Shown: piece after piece, positions 10,041 to 19,352 of the stretch
Position numbering within the stretch: the first letter of the stretch is position 1
Layout: each line of letters begins with the position of its first letter
Source of the DNA: a virus
Taxonomy: Duplodnaviria; Caudoviricetes
Virus record (IMG/VR): IMGVR_UViG_3300033076_000935
Span: 1 to 62,015 of that record
Length of the DNA stretch: 62,015 bases
Strand: one strand, 5' to 3'
Made by a program: the position numbers and the translations under genes
The notes under the pieces: generated by a model
What the model saw: only the letters and a program-made list of their open reading frames with translations
Told to the model about the DNA's origin: nothing
The model's database searches: none

Positions 10041-10592
10041 TTAATCCCACCAACCTCTCATATCACTTCCGTCGTATTTCTTTCCAGCTACTTTTGAATA
10101 CTTGGTTCCTTCTAAAATAGTCCAAAGCTCTTTCCATTCTGCTTCCTCTATTTCTCTAGCTCTTACAAATACCTTTCTATTGTGAGCTGCTTGTTCAGGA
10201 GTATCTTCTACATCTTCAAAGAAACCTCCTAAGTTTTCTAACTGCCCTAGTTCTTCTTCTGCTCTATCAATGTAATTATCTTCTCTATTATTCTTAAGAA
10301 GCTCCAATACTCTTCGCATTGACTTCACTTTTGGATCTCTACTCTCTGGCACTTCATACCCTTGTGTGCTCATTCCTTTTTCTAAAACAGTTAAAGAACG
10401 CTCAAATATATTCAAAGTAAATCTATAATCCCACCATCTATGTTCCCAAAGTTCTTTTCGAAAAGTCCATATATTCTTTATAAAGTTTTTTATATCCCAT
10501 CGTAGAAATTTATAGATCTTATACCACCAGGTGTTTTGTCTGTTTAATGTTTTTAAACTATCGTAAAAACTATCTGCAAATGTTATCTTCAT
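10041..10592 (-). CDS. Hypothetical phage protein
   Basis: 183 aa, Trp-rich, ends GWWD. Confidence 0.65.
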   Translation of the reverse strand: MKITFADSFYDSLKTLNRQNTWWYKIYKFLRWDIKNFIKNIWTFRKELWEHRWWDYRFTLNIFERSLTVLEKGMSTQGYEVPESRDPKVKSMRRVLELLKNNREDNYIDRAEEELGQLENLGGFFEDVEDTPEQAAHNRKVFVRAREIEEAEWKELWTILEGTKYSKVAGKKYDGSDMRGWWD

Positions 10593-10777
10593 ACTAAAAT
10601 ACTATTGTGTACAAGAGTACAGTTATCAATGCTACAAGTGTCCAGAATGTAACGTCTTCTGAGAATTTAATTTGATCGGGTCTTTTTCCTTGATGCTCCA
10701 TAGTGTATACTTTATTTACTAAATATACGAAATAAGTTGTTACGAAGCAAGTAATTTGTGAGTAGAATCTCCGGAAA

Positions 10778-11329
10778 TTAGATTAGAGATTTGTTAGCAT
10801 CTCCTTGTCTATACTTACGTTTTATATCTACATCTTCTAGAGAAGGATTGGTAATGCCAAGGTATTCGTTTAATCCTTTAAGTTGATCTCTTCTTAAATA
10901 AATACCTTCATAGGTAACTTGATAACCATTCAGATTTAATAATTTAGTTCTAGTCTTTGAATACTGTTCTGTCATTTGATCGCAGTAATTCTGATTTACT
11001 TTAGAAGGGTTATATACATAGTGGCTATGCCATTTTTTACTCTGTACTGCGTGTACTAGACTCTGTGCTTGTTCCTGTGTATTCTCTCTAGTAAGAATTA
11101 TATGTTTATCAAACTTATAGTAGAAATCTAAGAAATGCTTACCTCCTTGTTCATCCATAACCTTAACTACTACATTATCAGATTCCCATATTAAACTCTC
11201 CGGGTATTTGTCGTGAGTTGGATCGATATTGTAAGGTTCAAAGATACCTTCATACTTAAGTGAATTAGCAATATAATATGTTAAAGATGTTGAGCCTGTT
11301 CTAGCTAGAGTGTATATAAGTATTCTCAT
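10778..11329 (-). CDS. Sulfotransferase-like P-loop protein
   Basis: LARTGST PAPS-binding loop, EPY, LTR..QAQS. Confidence 0.65.
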   Translation of the reverse strand: MRILIYTLARTGSTSLTYYIANSLKYEGIFEPYNIDPTHDKYPESLIWESDNVVVKVMDEQGGKHFLDFYYKFDKHIILTRENTQEQAQSLVHAVQSKKWHSHYVYNPSKVNQNYCDQMTEQYSKTRTKLLNLNGYQVTYEGIYLRRDQLKGLNEYLGITNPSLEDVDIKRKYRQGDANKSLI

Positions 11330-11700
11330 AAAGACCTGCCATAATTTTTATAATCTTCAGAGATAAAAGAAGTCTTGTAGTAACTTCCTCTAGGTTGGTT
11401 TAGTTTATGTTCAACAACGTGGTAACTAACTGTTATTTCATCCCCTCTATCAATAGGTCTATTAGCATATAAAAGGTAACCTGTCTCTACTTTAACTAAA
11501 GATGTATTAGGTGTTTCACTGTGGTTACAATATCTACCTAAAAGATCTGTTTCCCATAAGGTACCTGTTAGACGGCTACCATTTCTGCTAGGTGTATTTT
11601 GGATATAAGTTCCTACTAAGTCTTCTGTTTCAAAATAAATGTTTGAAAAGACTCCAGTTCCTTTTACCGGTAATACTATTAATGTAAAGTTAATCTCCAT
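11326..11700 (-). CDS. SET domain methyltransferase
   Basis: GxGVF, RYCNHSETPN, GDEITVSY. Confidence 0.85.
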   Translation of the reverse strand: MEINFTLIVLPVKGTGVFSNIYFETEDLVGTYIQNTPSRNGSRLTGTLWETDLLGRYCNHSETPNTSLVKVETGYLLYANRPIDRGDEITVSYHVVEHKLNQPRGSYYKTSFISEDYKNYGRSL

Positions 11701-13222
11701 GAAGCATCTGTACGTTATCTATCGAGTTGTTTATAACTTCCTGTAAATGAGATCTTAGCTTATCTCTAAATGGTTTTAGCTTATGATCTAAATTTAGGAG
11801 TTTATTTTCTTTTTCTATATTTTCTAAACTAAGTGTCCCGTTACCAACTCCTACAATATACCAGCTGTATATATCAAAGACTTCTCCTCCTGTAAGTTCA
11901 TGTAGGTCTAAATTTTTAGGAGTTCTTCTTTCCCACAATTTTAACAGCTTATCTAAACCTGGTGGAACATTTACTTTATCGCTATAATTTTTCCAAAATG
12001 GAGTATCTTTTCTTGTAGTGTAAAAATGGTAATATAAGAAGCACATTACCTCGTGGTTAAGACCGGCTATTGCTTTGTTATATTGATCCAGATCTTCTTG
12101 ATTATTTTCAGACATTAGAGAAGGATCTAAATTAACAAGTTGCATTAGAGCTATCATTAGTGAAGTAGCTTCTAACGGTTCGACAAATCCTGAGCTTAAT
12201 CCTATAGCCATGCAATTCTTTACCCAAACGTCTTTATATCTACCTGCGTTAAATTGGAACACTTTACCTAATCTTTCAATCGGGTATCCTAGAACTTCTT
12301 CAATTTCGTCATAAGCTTGTTCTGGTGTTATATAATTACTATCAAAAGAGTAGCCCATACCCCAACGGTGTTTAACCGGTATTTGCCACATCCATCCGTA
12401 CTTCATAGCTACACAATTTGTCTCCGGTCTTAAAACTTTTTCCTTATGTGGAACAAAAAACGGGACAGCTGCGTCTGTAGTCAGGTATTTTTTATAAGAA
12501 ATCCATTCTGTTTTATAAAAGTTACCTACAATAAGTCTATTAAAACCACTACAGTCGAAAATAAAATCTAAAGGAAGAGTCTGTCCATTCTTTAAGCTAA
12601 TAGCTGTAATTGTTCCATCTTCTTTAGAGTGTATCTCTTTTAGTTTAGAATCAATTCGTTTAATACCTCTACCTTCTCCTATTTTTGCTAAATATACAGC
12701 TGCTTTTCTAGCATTAAAATGGAACGAATATCCAGATGAACTCTGTACTTTGTTATCGATAGAGTAGAATGGGCTTTTCTGTTCGTTAACCAAAGCGTTA
12801 ACAGGTATTACCTCTTCTAAGTTCTCTTTATTAGCAACAGCATTTAGTATATAATAGGCTGAGTTTGTGTTAGGAATTTTACTTGCATGATTAAATCCTA
12901 ATGAGTGTATAGCTTTAAAATCTAAAGTAGTCCCAGGAGGAGCTAAAAAAGGGTGTAGGTAACTTGTACCGTCTCCTTTCCAGTTTGTAAACCTGATACC
13001 TGTCTTAAAAGTAGCATGTGCTTCTCTTTTAAATTCTCCTAAAGGTATCTGCAAAGTCTGTAAGAATAAAGGTAACATAGGTACCGATCCTTCTCCAGCT
13101 CCTAATATTCCAATCTCTGAGCTTTCTACTAACGTAACTTCAGCATCATCAAAAAGATGTTTTGCATATAATGCTGTTAACCATCCAGCAGTTCCTCCTC
13201 CTAGTATAACTATATTTTTCAT
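11690..13222 (-). CDS. Tryptophan halogenase-like flavin-dependent enzyme
   Basis: GGGTAGW, GAGEGS, FK, DCSGF, WMWQIP (WxWxIP), GFVEPLEAT. Confidence 0.88.
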   Translation of the reverse strand: MKNIVILGGGTAGWLTALYAKHLFDDAEVTLVESSEIGILGAGEGSVPMLPLFLQTLQIPLGEFKREAHATFKTGIRFTNWKGDGTSYLHPFLAPPGTTLDFKAIHSLGFNHASKIPNTNSAYYILNAVANKENLEEVIPVNALVNEQKSPFYSIDNKVQSSSGYSFHFNARKAAVYLAKIGEGRGIKRIDSKLKEIHSKEDGTITAISLKNGQTLPLDFIFDCSGFNRLIVGNFYKTEWISYKKYLTTDAAVPFFVPHKEKVLRPETNCVAMKYGWMWQIPVKHRWGMGYSFDSNYITPEQAYDEIEEVLGYPIERLGKVFQFNAGRYKDVWVKNCMAIGLSSGFVEPLEATSLMIALMQLVNLDPSLMSENNQEDLDQYNKAIAGLNHEVMCFLYYHFYTTRKDTPFWKNYSDKVNVPPGLDKLLKLWERRTPKNLDLHELTGGEVFDIYSWYIVGVGNGTLSLENIEKENKLLNLDHKLKPFRDKLRSHLQEVINNSIDNVQMLHGD

Positions 13223-13698
13223 ATCAATGTCTCTTGTTTTTTAAGATACGAACTTTCTTCTAAGAATGCAACTAAAGTATACCTTATACCGTCTTCTACT
13301 AGATTAACTCTATGTGGAATATCTGGTGGAAATATTAAAGCCGTATTTGGAATAGGCTTTATCATCTTTATGTTGTAGTCTATATATTCAAACTCTCCTC
13401 CTTTAAATTCATCGTTAAGAAAGCAGACTACGTTTTCAATAAGAAACTGATCATGAGTATGAAAATTAGTAGCTACTTTAAAGTTTGCATCAATACGTTG
13501 AATTCTTAGTACATCTAATTTTCCTGTAAGTCCATGTTTTAAAAAAGCATCTTGTACTCTACTACGAAGAAGTCCCTCTACATTAACTCCTCTAAAATTG
13601 TATATACCATCTTGTACCTTTTTGTACTTACTTCTATACGCATACTTACAGAGGTCATTATATAACTCTTCGTTGAAAAACTGTTTACAAATCTTCAT
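13219..13698 (-). CDS. 2OG-Fe(II) oxygenase
   Basis: HxD (HTHD), LNDEFKGGE, HRV...GIRY. Confidence 0.8.
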   Translation of the reverse strand: MKICKQFFNEELYNDLCKYAYRSKYKKVQDGIYNFRGVNVEGLLRSRVQDAFLKHGLTGKLDVLRIQRIDANFKVATNFHTHDQFLIENVVCFLNDEFKGGEFEYIDYNIKMIKPIPNTALIFPPDIPHRVNLVEDGIRYTLVAFLEESSYLKKQETLI

Positions 13699-14402
13699 TA
13701 GATTAACGTATTTGCGATCTTAAAAGGAGGTTCAATTAACTTGTAATAAAAATTTTCTAAATGACTGTCGATTACTAATGCTGTATCGATAGTTTTAGTA
13801 TGATTTGTCATGATAAACTCGAATGGTTTTCCTGTTACTTTTCTTACGTAGTCCTCTAACACCGATAGCTCTTTCATATTAAAATACAGAATGCTTGTAT
13901 CATTTTCATGCCACCTAGAAGGACCAGTCATCACTGAAGTGAATATCATATAGGTGTTCTTATTGTAAGGAACTCCTCCTGGTATTAATTTTTTAAAGAA
14001 GTTAGCACAGTTATTAATATCTTGAAGATTCGAACTAAATCCAATCTCACTTTGCCAAGCGTTTATAAAAGCATTTCTATCTACTTTTGCTAGAGCTTCT
14101 GAAGTTTTAGGACTATATTCTGAAATGTATTTGATAACATACTTCCAGGCAGATAAAAATCTTTCAAGAGGATCTCTTTCTATAGCAATAACCGGGTAGT
14201 CATACCCAAAGTACTCTCTTAGTTTTGAGATTCTTTCATGAGCATGACGACGAGGTTCTAAGCCAAGGTCGGCTTGTCTTTGAGCTAATATATTGTCACT
14301 AGGATACTTAATAGAAAGTCCTGCTAAAAAGCAGGAACGTTCAAATGCTACTGTAGCTGTTCTAGGGATCTTTAGAAACAAAAACTTATTATCAACTAAC
14401 AT
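13698..14402 (-). CDS. Sulfotransferase family protein
   Basis: KIPRTAT 5'-PSB loop and RDPLERFLSAW 3'-PB motif. Confidence 0.75.
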   Translation of the reverse strand: MLVDNKFLFLKIPRTATVAFERSCFLAGLSIKYPSDNILAQRQADLGLEPRRHAHERISKLREYFGYDYPVIAIERDPLERFLSAWKYVIKYISEYSPKTSEALAKVDRNAFINAWQSEIGFSSNLQDINNCANFFKKLIPGGVPYNKNTYMIFTSVMTGPSRWHENDTSILYFNMKELSVLEDYVRKVTGKPFEFIMTNHTKTIDTALVIDSHLENFYYKLIEPPFKIANTLI

Positions 14403-14418
14403 ATAACCTTTTTACATT

Positions 14419-14532
14419 TTATGATAAGTGTTTATCTCTAATTAGACTAAATACTGATTCTATTACATTCTTTACTTTTGTGTCTGTAGCCGAAGAGGTC
14501 GGTACTGTGACAGTGTCTACTATGTTTGCCAT
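14419..14532 (-). CDS. Small Ser/Thr-rich peptide (37 aa), not in ORF track
   Basis: MANIVDTVTVPTSSATDTKVKNVIESVFSLIRDKHLS; starts immediately after the stop of the 641-aa gene and fills the gap to the next gene. Confidence 0.6.
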   Translation of the reverse strand: MANIVDTVTVPTSSATDTKVKNVIESVFSLIRDKHLS

Positions 14533-14533
14533 A

Positions 14534-16459
14534 TTACGCTAATTTTTTTGCAAAGTTGTGAACTAAGATACCTTCTGCAATATAGTTGTGGGTATCTTCT
14601 ACTGAAATATTATATACAATTCCTTTAAAATCTTCAAATTCTAAAGTTTCTACCATTACCCAATCTCCTAATAAGTTAATAAAGTATTCTCCTGTTGTTA
14701 GTTTCTCTACAACTAAGTCGCCGTGGAAGTCTTTATCTACTTCTGGATTAGCAGCAGCCCATCTAATGTTACCTTCAAAGTCCTTAATTGCAAATGGGTG
14801 ACCTACTGTTGCTTTTGTTTTGATTCCGTTAATAATTACTAACTTGTCATCGTATTCTGTCTTCCAAAGACCTTTTACAGTCTTAGTAACAACGTCATTT
14901 TTTTGTAAATCGAAAGATTGAACTACATCTCCGATTTGGATATCTTTAATCTCTTTTTGACCATCTGCTGTAGTCACCATTGCTTCTCCTATAAAGCAAG
15001 CTGATTGACAAGTCCAGCAAGAGTTGTAACAACTATACCATCCGCAATTATATCCATTACACCAACATGGGTTGTGCTGTACTAATGTAATGTTTGTTGC
15101 TTCATCTAATACAGATAAGAAAATATCTTGCTCTTCTACATCCACTTCGTAAATTACCTTAGTATCGTAAACTGGTTCTAAAGAGGTAATTTCCTTCTTA
15201 ACTAAACTATTTGTAGCAACATCTAATAATACTACTTTATCTCCTAATTCAACCTGTCCTAGAGATTTGAATCGAGTTAAGTTACTACCGCTTACTTCTG
15301 TGTAGAAAGTTGATCTTGTAGAATCATCCCAAGTTGTTCCGTCTTCTAATGTAATATTTAAGTAAACTGTTTCTAAACTAGAGCTTTGGAATCCTACAAC
15401 TGTTGCAGTATTCACTACTAAAGAGCTTTGCATGTCTGCAAAAGAAGAAGAGAAGCCAAATACATCTACATAAGAACCTGTAGGGAAGTTACTAAATTGT
15501 GCTGATTTAACAACTGTTCCTTGTTCTACTTGGTCAATTGTAATATACTCACCTGTAGCAGTAACTAACTTTGTATCTTGATCAACGTGGTATATGTTCT
15601 TTTGTTCGTCTGTAGAAAGTTTAGAAATCCACTTAACTCTAGATTTATTAGTTAACGCTGTGGTTCCTTCTTGTAACTCATCTGGCCAAATATCTAATGC
15701 ATAAGGAGAAGTCTGATGGTAAGAACCTAAGTGTAATGTGTCTAGATTACCTCCGTAAACTAAATCAATACTTCTAATAATAGAGTACCTTCCTTCTTTA
15801 ATATTATTTTCAGAATTAATAAACTCTTGAATAAAGTTAGCACCCGTCGTAGATCCTTTTAATGCATCTAGTTGAGATTGTGTTGTAATTTTATGTGCTT
15901 GTGGATATACCTTGGCATCGTATTGCGGGTATCTAGACTTAACAACTAAATTTGGAGTCTTACTTGCATCAAATTCTGTTAAAGTTGTTAGATTATATTC
16001 CGGAGTATCTATAAATGTTGGGATAGCGTAAGACTGGCTTTGAATTAAATCCTGAAGGTTTAATTTATCTGCGCAATAAGTCTCATCTACTAAAGCTGTT
16101 CCATCGTAGGCTTGTCTTAAGATAAACTTAGTAGGAGTATCTTCGATGTAAGGTACTGTAGCTGCGTAAGTGTTTACTTGGTATGGGGTATATGTAATAC
16201 CCATTGCTTCACAGATAGTCTGTAATTTAGTACCTAAAGAGATGTTTACTCTAAATTTAGGATCTGCTACTACTTGTTGATCGTTGAAAATATAGACTAC
16301 TTCCTCTATTGAATTAGCTTGGAAAAGACTTTCTAATCCAGTAAAATCTAAGTGAGGTATCATACTCTGGTAAATACCAGTGCTTGTGTTTAGCTCTACT
16401 AACCTTGCATTACCGTTATCATCAAGTAAAAAATCACTTCCTATTAAAACAGCTTTCAT
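14534..16459 (-). CDS. Polyprotein: circularly permuted ATP-grasp-like domain + Hint domain + Cys/Trp/Tyr-rich peptide + Hint domain
   Basis: GSDFLLD..G..RLVELNT, VVKSR, FIQEFI; Hint1 aa~291-463 ending YEVDV..QHN; peptide aa464-487; Hint2 aa488-635 CFIGEA..VYNISVEDTHNY..VHN. Confidence 0.8.
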   Translation of the reverse strand: MKAVLIGSDFLLDDNGNARLVELNTSTGIYQSMIPHLDFTGLESLFQANSIEEVVYIFNDQQVVADPKFRVNISLGTKLQTICEAMGITYTPYQVNTYAATVPYIEDTPTKFILRQAYDGTALVDETYCADKLNLQDLIQSQSYAIPTFIDTPEYNLTTLTEFDASKTPNLVVKSRYPQYDAKVYPQAHKITTQSQLDALKGSTTGANFIQEFINSENNIKEGRYSIIRSIDLVYGGNLDTLHLGSYHQTSPYALDIWPDELQEGTTALTNKSRVKWISKLSTDEQKNIYHVDQDTKLVTATGEYITIDQVEQGTVVKSAQFSNFPTGSYVDVFGFSSSFADMQSSLVVNTATVVGFQSSSLETVYLNITLEDGTTWDDSTRSTFYTEVSGSNLTRFKSLGQVELGDKVVLLDVATNSLVKKEITSLEPVYDTKVIYEVDVEEQDIFLSVLDEATNITLVQHNPCWCNGYNCGWYSCYNSCWTCQSACFIGEAMVTTADGQKEIKDIQIGDVVQSFDLQKNDVVTKTVKGLWKTEYDDKLVIINGIKTKATVGHPFAIKDFEGNIRWAAANPEVDKDFHGDLVVEKLTTGEYFINLLGDWVMVETLEFEDFKGIVYNISVEDTHNYIAEGILVHNFAKKLA

Positions 16460-16483
16460 ATTTTGAGTTTAAATTAATTCGTT

Positions 16484-16491
16484 TATAAATA
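16484..16491 (-). promoter_or_regulatory. Class B motif TATTTATA (putative late promoter)
   Basis: Recurs shortly upstream of several genes, including the lysis cassette. Confidence 0.5.
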
Positions 16492-16520
16492 AATATCTAG
16501 CTAGAAGACTTCCGCTAGAC

Positions 16521-16973
16521 TTATATAATGCTTTTCGTATACTTAATCAAGTTGCTTCTAAAGTAACTAATTAAAAGGTATTGAGTACCTTCTAAAATAG
16601 GTTTAAAATCTACATCTATTCCGGAATCGAAATAAATTCCTGTATTCGGAAACGGCTTCACAGTTGCTTCTTTATATTGAAGCTCTCCTCCTGTATAGTT
16701 ATCGTTTATGAAGTACACAAGAATCGAGTAGTCTGGATTGTTAAACTGTGTGTAAGTTGTTCTATCTCCTTTAGTTCTTTTACTAAAGTACATTACATCA
16801 CATTGGCTTTTTAAGCCCATTCCTATTAAAAAGTTTTCTACATCTATAGCAAACTTGTAAGGTGGGTATGTAAATCTATAATAGTTTCCGTCAGAACTTT
16901 CAACAGCATACTTCCCTTCGTAAATCATAGACTCACAAAACTCTTTTGGGAATAAGCTATCGTATATTATCAT
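16521..16973 (-). CDS. Degenerate 2OG-Fe(II) oxygenase-like protein
   Basis: INDNYTGGEL and PILEGTQY motifs, but no His ligands. Confidence 0.6.
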   Translation of the reverse strand: MIIYDSLFPKEFCESMIYEGKYAVESSDGNYYRFTYPPYKFAIDVENFLIGMGLKSQCDVMYFSKRTKGDRTTYTQFNNPDYSILVYFINDNYTGGELQYKEATVKPFPNTGIYFDSGIDVDFKPILEGTQYLLISYFRSNLIKYTKSII

Positions 16974-17569
16974 TTTTTCAACTCTGTTATATTAAAGCTA
17001 ATATTAGAACAAATAGCTATTCTGGTTCCTTCTGAATTTGGCGATAAGTTTGGTTTATGTTCTACATCTCCTTTAAAAAATATAAAATCTCCTTCTTCTG
17101 GTTTTGTTGCATAAACTTTGCCGTCTTTATCTTTAAGTAAGAGCGTACCTTCGTTTCCTTGTAAGTCATCTGGAACTTGTACATAGAAGCAGTAAGTCCA
17201 GTCTGTAAGGATAGGAGCATTTACTCTAGTGTCTGGGTAGTTAATAGCAGCAGTATGTACATGAAAAGCATTTTGAGGATCTTTAGAGTTCTTATCTTGA
17301 ATATAACTCCAGGTCTTACCCGCAAATGCCTGTCCTTTCAAGCTCTCAATCCCAGAGAGTTTCATAGCAACTGTCATACCGTAGTTGATAATATAATCAA
17401 TCTCCTCACTATGTACTTTAATTTCTGTTGTATTGAAATCTGTACTACCTAGTAACCAGTTGTTCTGATTTACTCTATAGATAATATCTTCTTGACTATA
17501 CTGCCAATCAAACTTAGTCTTATAAATTGAAAGGGTGTCGCTAATTTTATACTCTCTTACTTCTCTCAT
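16970..17569 (-). CDS. Putative 2OG-Fe(II) oxygenase
   Basis: HVH, FYVQVP..GTL, PEEGDFIFF..H.P...R. Confidence 0.7.
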   Translation of the reverse strand: MREVREYKISDTLSIYKTKFDWQYSQEDIIYRVNQNNWLLGSTDFNTTEIKVHSEEIDYIINYGMTVAMKLSGIESLKGQAFAGKTWSYIQDKNSKDPQNAFHVHTAAINYPDTRVNAPILTDWTYCFYVQVPDDLQGNEGTLLLKDKDGKVYATKPEEGDFIFFKGDVEHKPNLSPNSEGTRIAICSNISFNITELKK

Positions 17570-18102
17570 ATAAGTGTTTTAGCTTGCTTTTGTTTAAATT
17601 CGATAAAGACTGTAAATGTAAGTCTACCATCTTTTATGGAAGTACCAAACGGCTCTTGAACTGCATGGTTAATATTAGCGGGGTAACATACAAAACGGTT
17701 AAAGACATTTTCAACCTCTCCTACTTGAATGTAGTTATCATCGTAGAAAGAAGTTCCAGAATCAGGTACTTGGTGTGGAGCGAGATATATAACTCCTGCG
17801 TAATCTTTTTTACGGTCTTTATGTATGCGGTTTTTATTATAACCTTTTTCTTTTGTAGTATCTTCTAACGTGTAATGAAAGTAGCAATCATAGTTTGCTG
17901 TAGCAAATTTAGGATCTCTTTTGCTTAATTCAGATTTTACAAGTTCAGTTACCTTTAAGGTAAGTTCGTTTCGTTCTAAACATCTATGCCCTTTCCAACC
18001 TTGTTCTTCAAAGGAAGGTGTATAATTCAACTCTAAAGCTTGATCTCTTATAGCCCATACATCTTCTAAAAAATTATCTATCTGAATTAAACCTTGTATC
18101 AT
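17566..18102 (-). CDS. Putative 2OG-Fe(II) oxygenase (DUF6445-like)
   Basis: IDNF, IHKD, AGVIYL, SGTSFY, NRF..Y...H...RL. Confidence 0.75.
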   Translation of the reverse strand: MIQGLIQIDNFLEDVWAIRDQALELNYTPSFEEQGWKGHRCLERNELTLKVTELVKSELSKRDPKFATANYDCYFHYTLEDTTKEKGYNKNRIHKDRKKDYAGVIYLAPHQVPDSGTSFYDDNYIQVGEVENVFNRFVCYPANINHAVQEPFGTSIKDGRLTFTVFIEFKQKQAKTLI

Positions 18103-18386
18103 ATTAAAGTTTTATCTTGCTTAATCTTTGAGCTTTCACTTAGGTACTTATCTTCTACCGGTTTCCATTTATGTAAAGGACATGCATCGTACAAACGACT
18201 GAAGATTTTACCTTCTAGCAAACAGCTACACTCTCCGCAATACTCAGACCATTTATGGTTATTGAATAGAGTTTCTCTTTTAGAACATTGCTCACATATC
18301 TCATAACGTTCTTTAGCCAAATTCTTTTGGCTTTCTTTTGGATTAACTTTAGTGATCCAAGCAGAGATAATCTCTTTCATATTCAT
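18099..18386 (-). CDS. Small Cys-rich protein (DUF6171-like)
   Basis: RYEICEQC...CGECSC...CPLHKW. Confidence 0.65.
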   Translation of the reverse strand: MNMKEIISAWITKVNPKESQKNLAKERYEICEQCSKRETLFNNHKWSEYCGECSCLLEGKIFSRLYDACPLHKWKPVEDKYLSESSKIKQDKTLI

Positions 18387-18387
18387 C

Positions 18388-18723
18388 TTATGCCAATAAA
18401 TGTCTCAATATAATCGTCAACGATATACAGATCCAGATTGTATTAAAGAGAATTAGAGTAGGTAAGCTTTTTCTCATACTAGCCCATATCAATAAAGAAG
18501 ACGTAGCTAATGTAAGAACGTGAAAGTACCATAACTCAATACCAAATATAAGTCCTGGTATGATAATGATAGCCTTAGCTAACCATGCAGTTAGTTCAAT
18601 TGTATTATAATCTGTCCAGTATTCTTTAGATAAGTACATTTGGTACCTATCGAAGATATTCTTCCAGCCTACTAGTGTATATAGAAATGCGATTGCTACT
18701 ATAAAGGATATTAGGTATATCAT
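18388..18723 (-). CDS. Membrane protein
   Basis: Three to four hydrophobic helices. Confidence 0.65.
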   Translation of the reverse strand: MIYLISFIVAIAFLYTLVGWKNIFDRYQMYLSKEYWTDYNTIELTAWLAKAIIIIPGLIFGIELWYFHVLTLATSSLLIWASMRKSLPTLILFNTIWICISLTIILRHLLA

Positions 18724-18938
18724 ATATTATCTTTTTTTAAACCATACTTAATCCATCTATACCATATACGTTCGTGTATGTAGTACTGAATGGGTTTGTA
18801 AATTAATTCTGCTACGCCAAAGGCTGCTCCTACTTTTACAGAACCGCTGATAAGCCACATTAACAAGAAACCAATTACGGTACTTATTATCCTGTAGCTT
18901 ATGGTTTTAGCTATGTGACGTTTCCTTTGTACTATCAT
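18720..18938 (-). CDS. DUF2061-like small membrane protein
   Basis: KTISYR...YYIHERIW; this family is typically found next to APS kinase. Confidence 0.75.
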   Translation of the reverse strand: MIVQRKRHIAKTISYRIISTVIGFLLMWLISGSVKVGAAFGVAELIYKPIQYYIHERIWYRWIKYGLKKDNI

Positions 18939-19336
18939 AACTTACCCTCTTCTTTCATTTGATTACGGATACCAGTTGCTGATATGTCTCTAATATCGTC
19001 TGGTGGTACGTGTTCGATAACATCATATCCAACTCCTCTACCTATATTGATAGATTCAATATCTGGAATGATTATAATCTTCAACTTACCTGTATGAATT
19101 AAATCTAGCAATTCGTTTGTAAGATTTCTCAAAACCTCTTGAGGAGTCCATGGATTCCTTTCATCTGGTTCTACATCTCTAATTGCTAATAAAACTCTCT
19201 TACCTTCTTTTAACCTCTGGTCAATTAACCAACGATGTCCGGCATGCCAAGGTTGCCATCTTCCAATAAACATCGAATACTTAACGTCGTTAGAGGAAGA
19301 TTGAAATGCTGCTGTTGCTAAATATTTTGTACTCAT
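18935..19336 (-). CDS. HIGH-superfamily nucleotidyltransferase (cytidylyltransferase-like)
   Basis: GRWQPWHAGH, ISATGIR. Confidence 0.8.
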   Translation of the reverse strand: MSTKYLATAAFQSSSNDVKYSMFIGRWQPWHAGHRWLIDQRLKEGKRVLLAIRDVEPDERNPWTPQEVLRNLTNELLDLIHTGKLKIIIIPDIESINIGRGVGYDVIEHVPPDDIRDISATGIRNQMKEEGKL

Positions 19337-19352
19337 ATAGTATTATACGAAT

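Noticed and set aside
14555-15589. Hint domains as ordinary selfish inteins
   Set aside because: There is no homing endonuclease, Hint1 lacks Cys1 and is followed by Pro, and Hint2 is followed by Phe, so canonical splicing is not expected.
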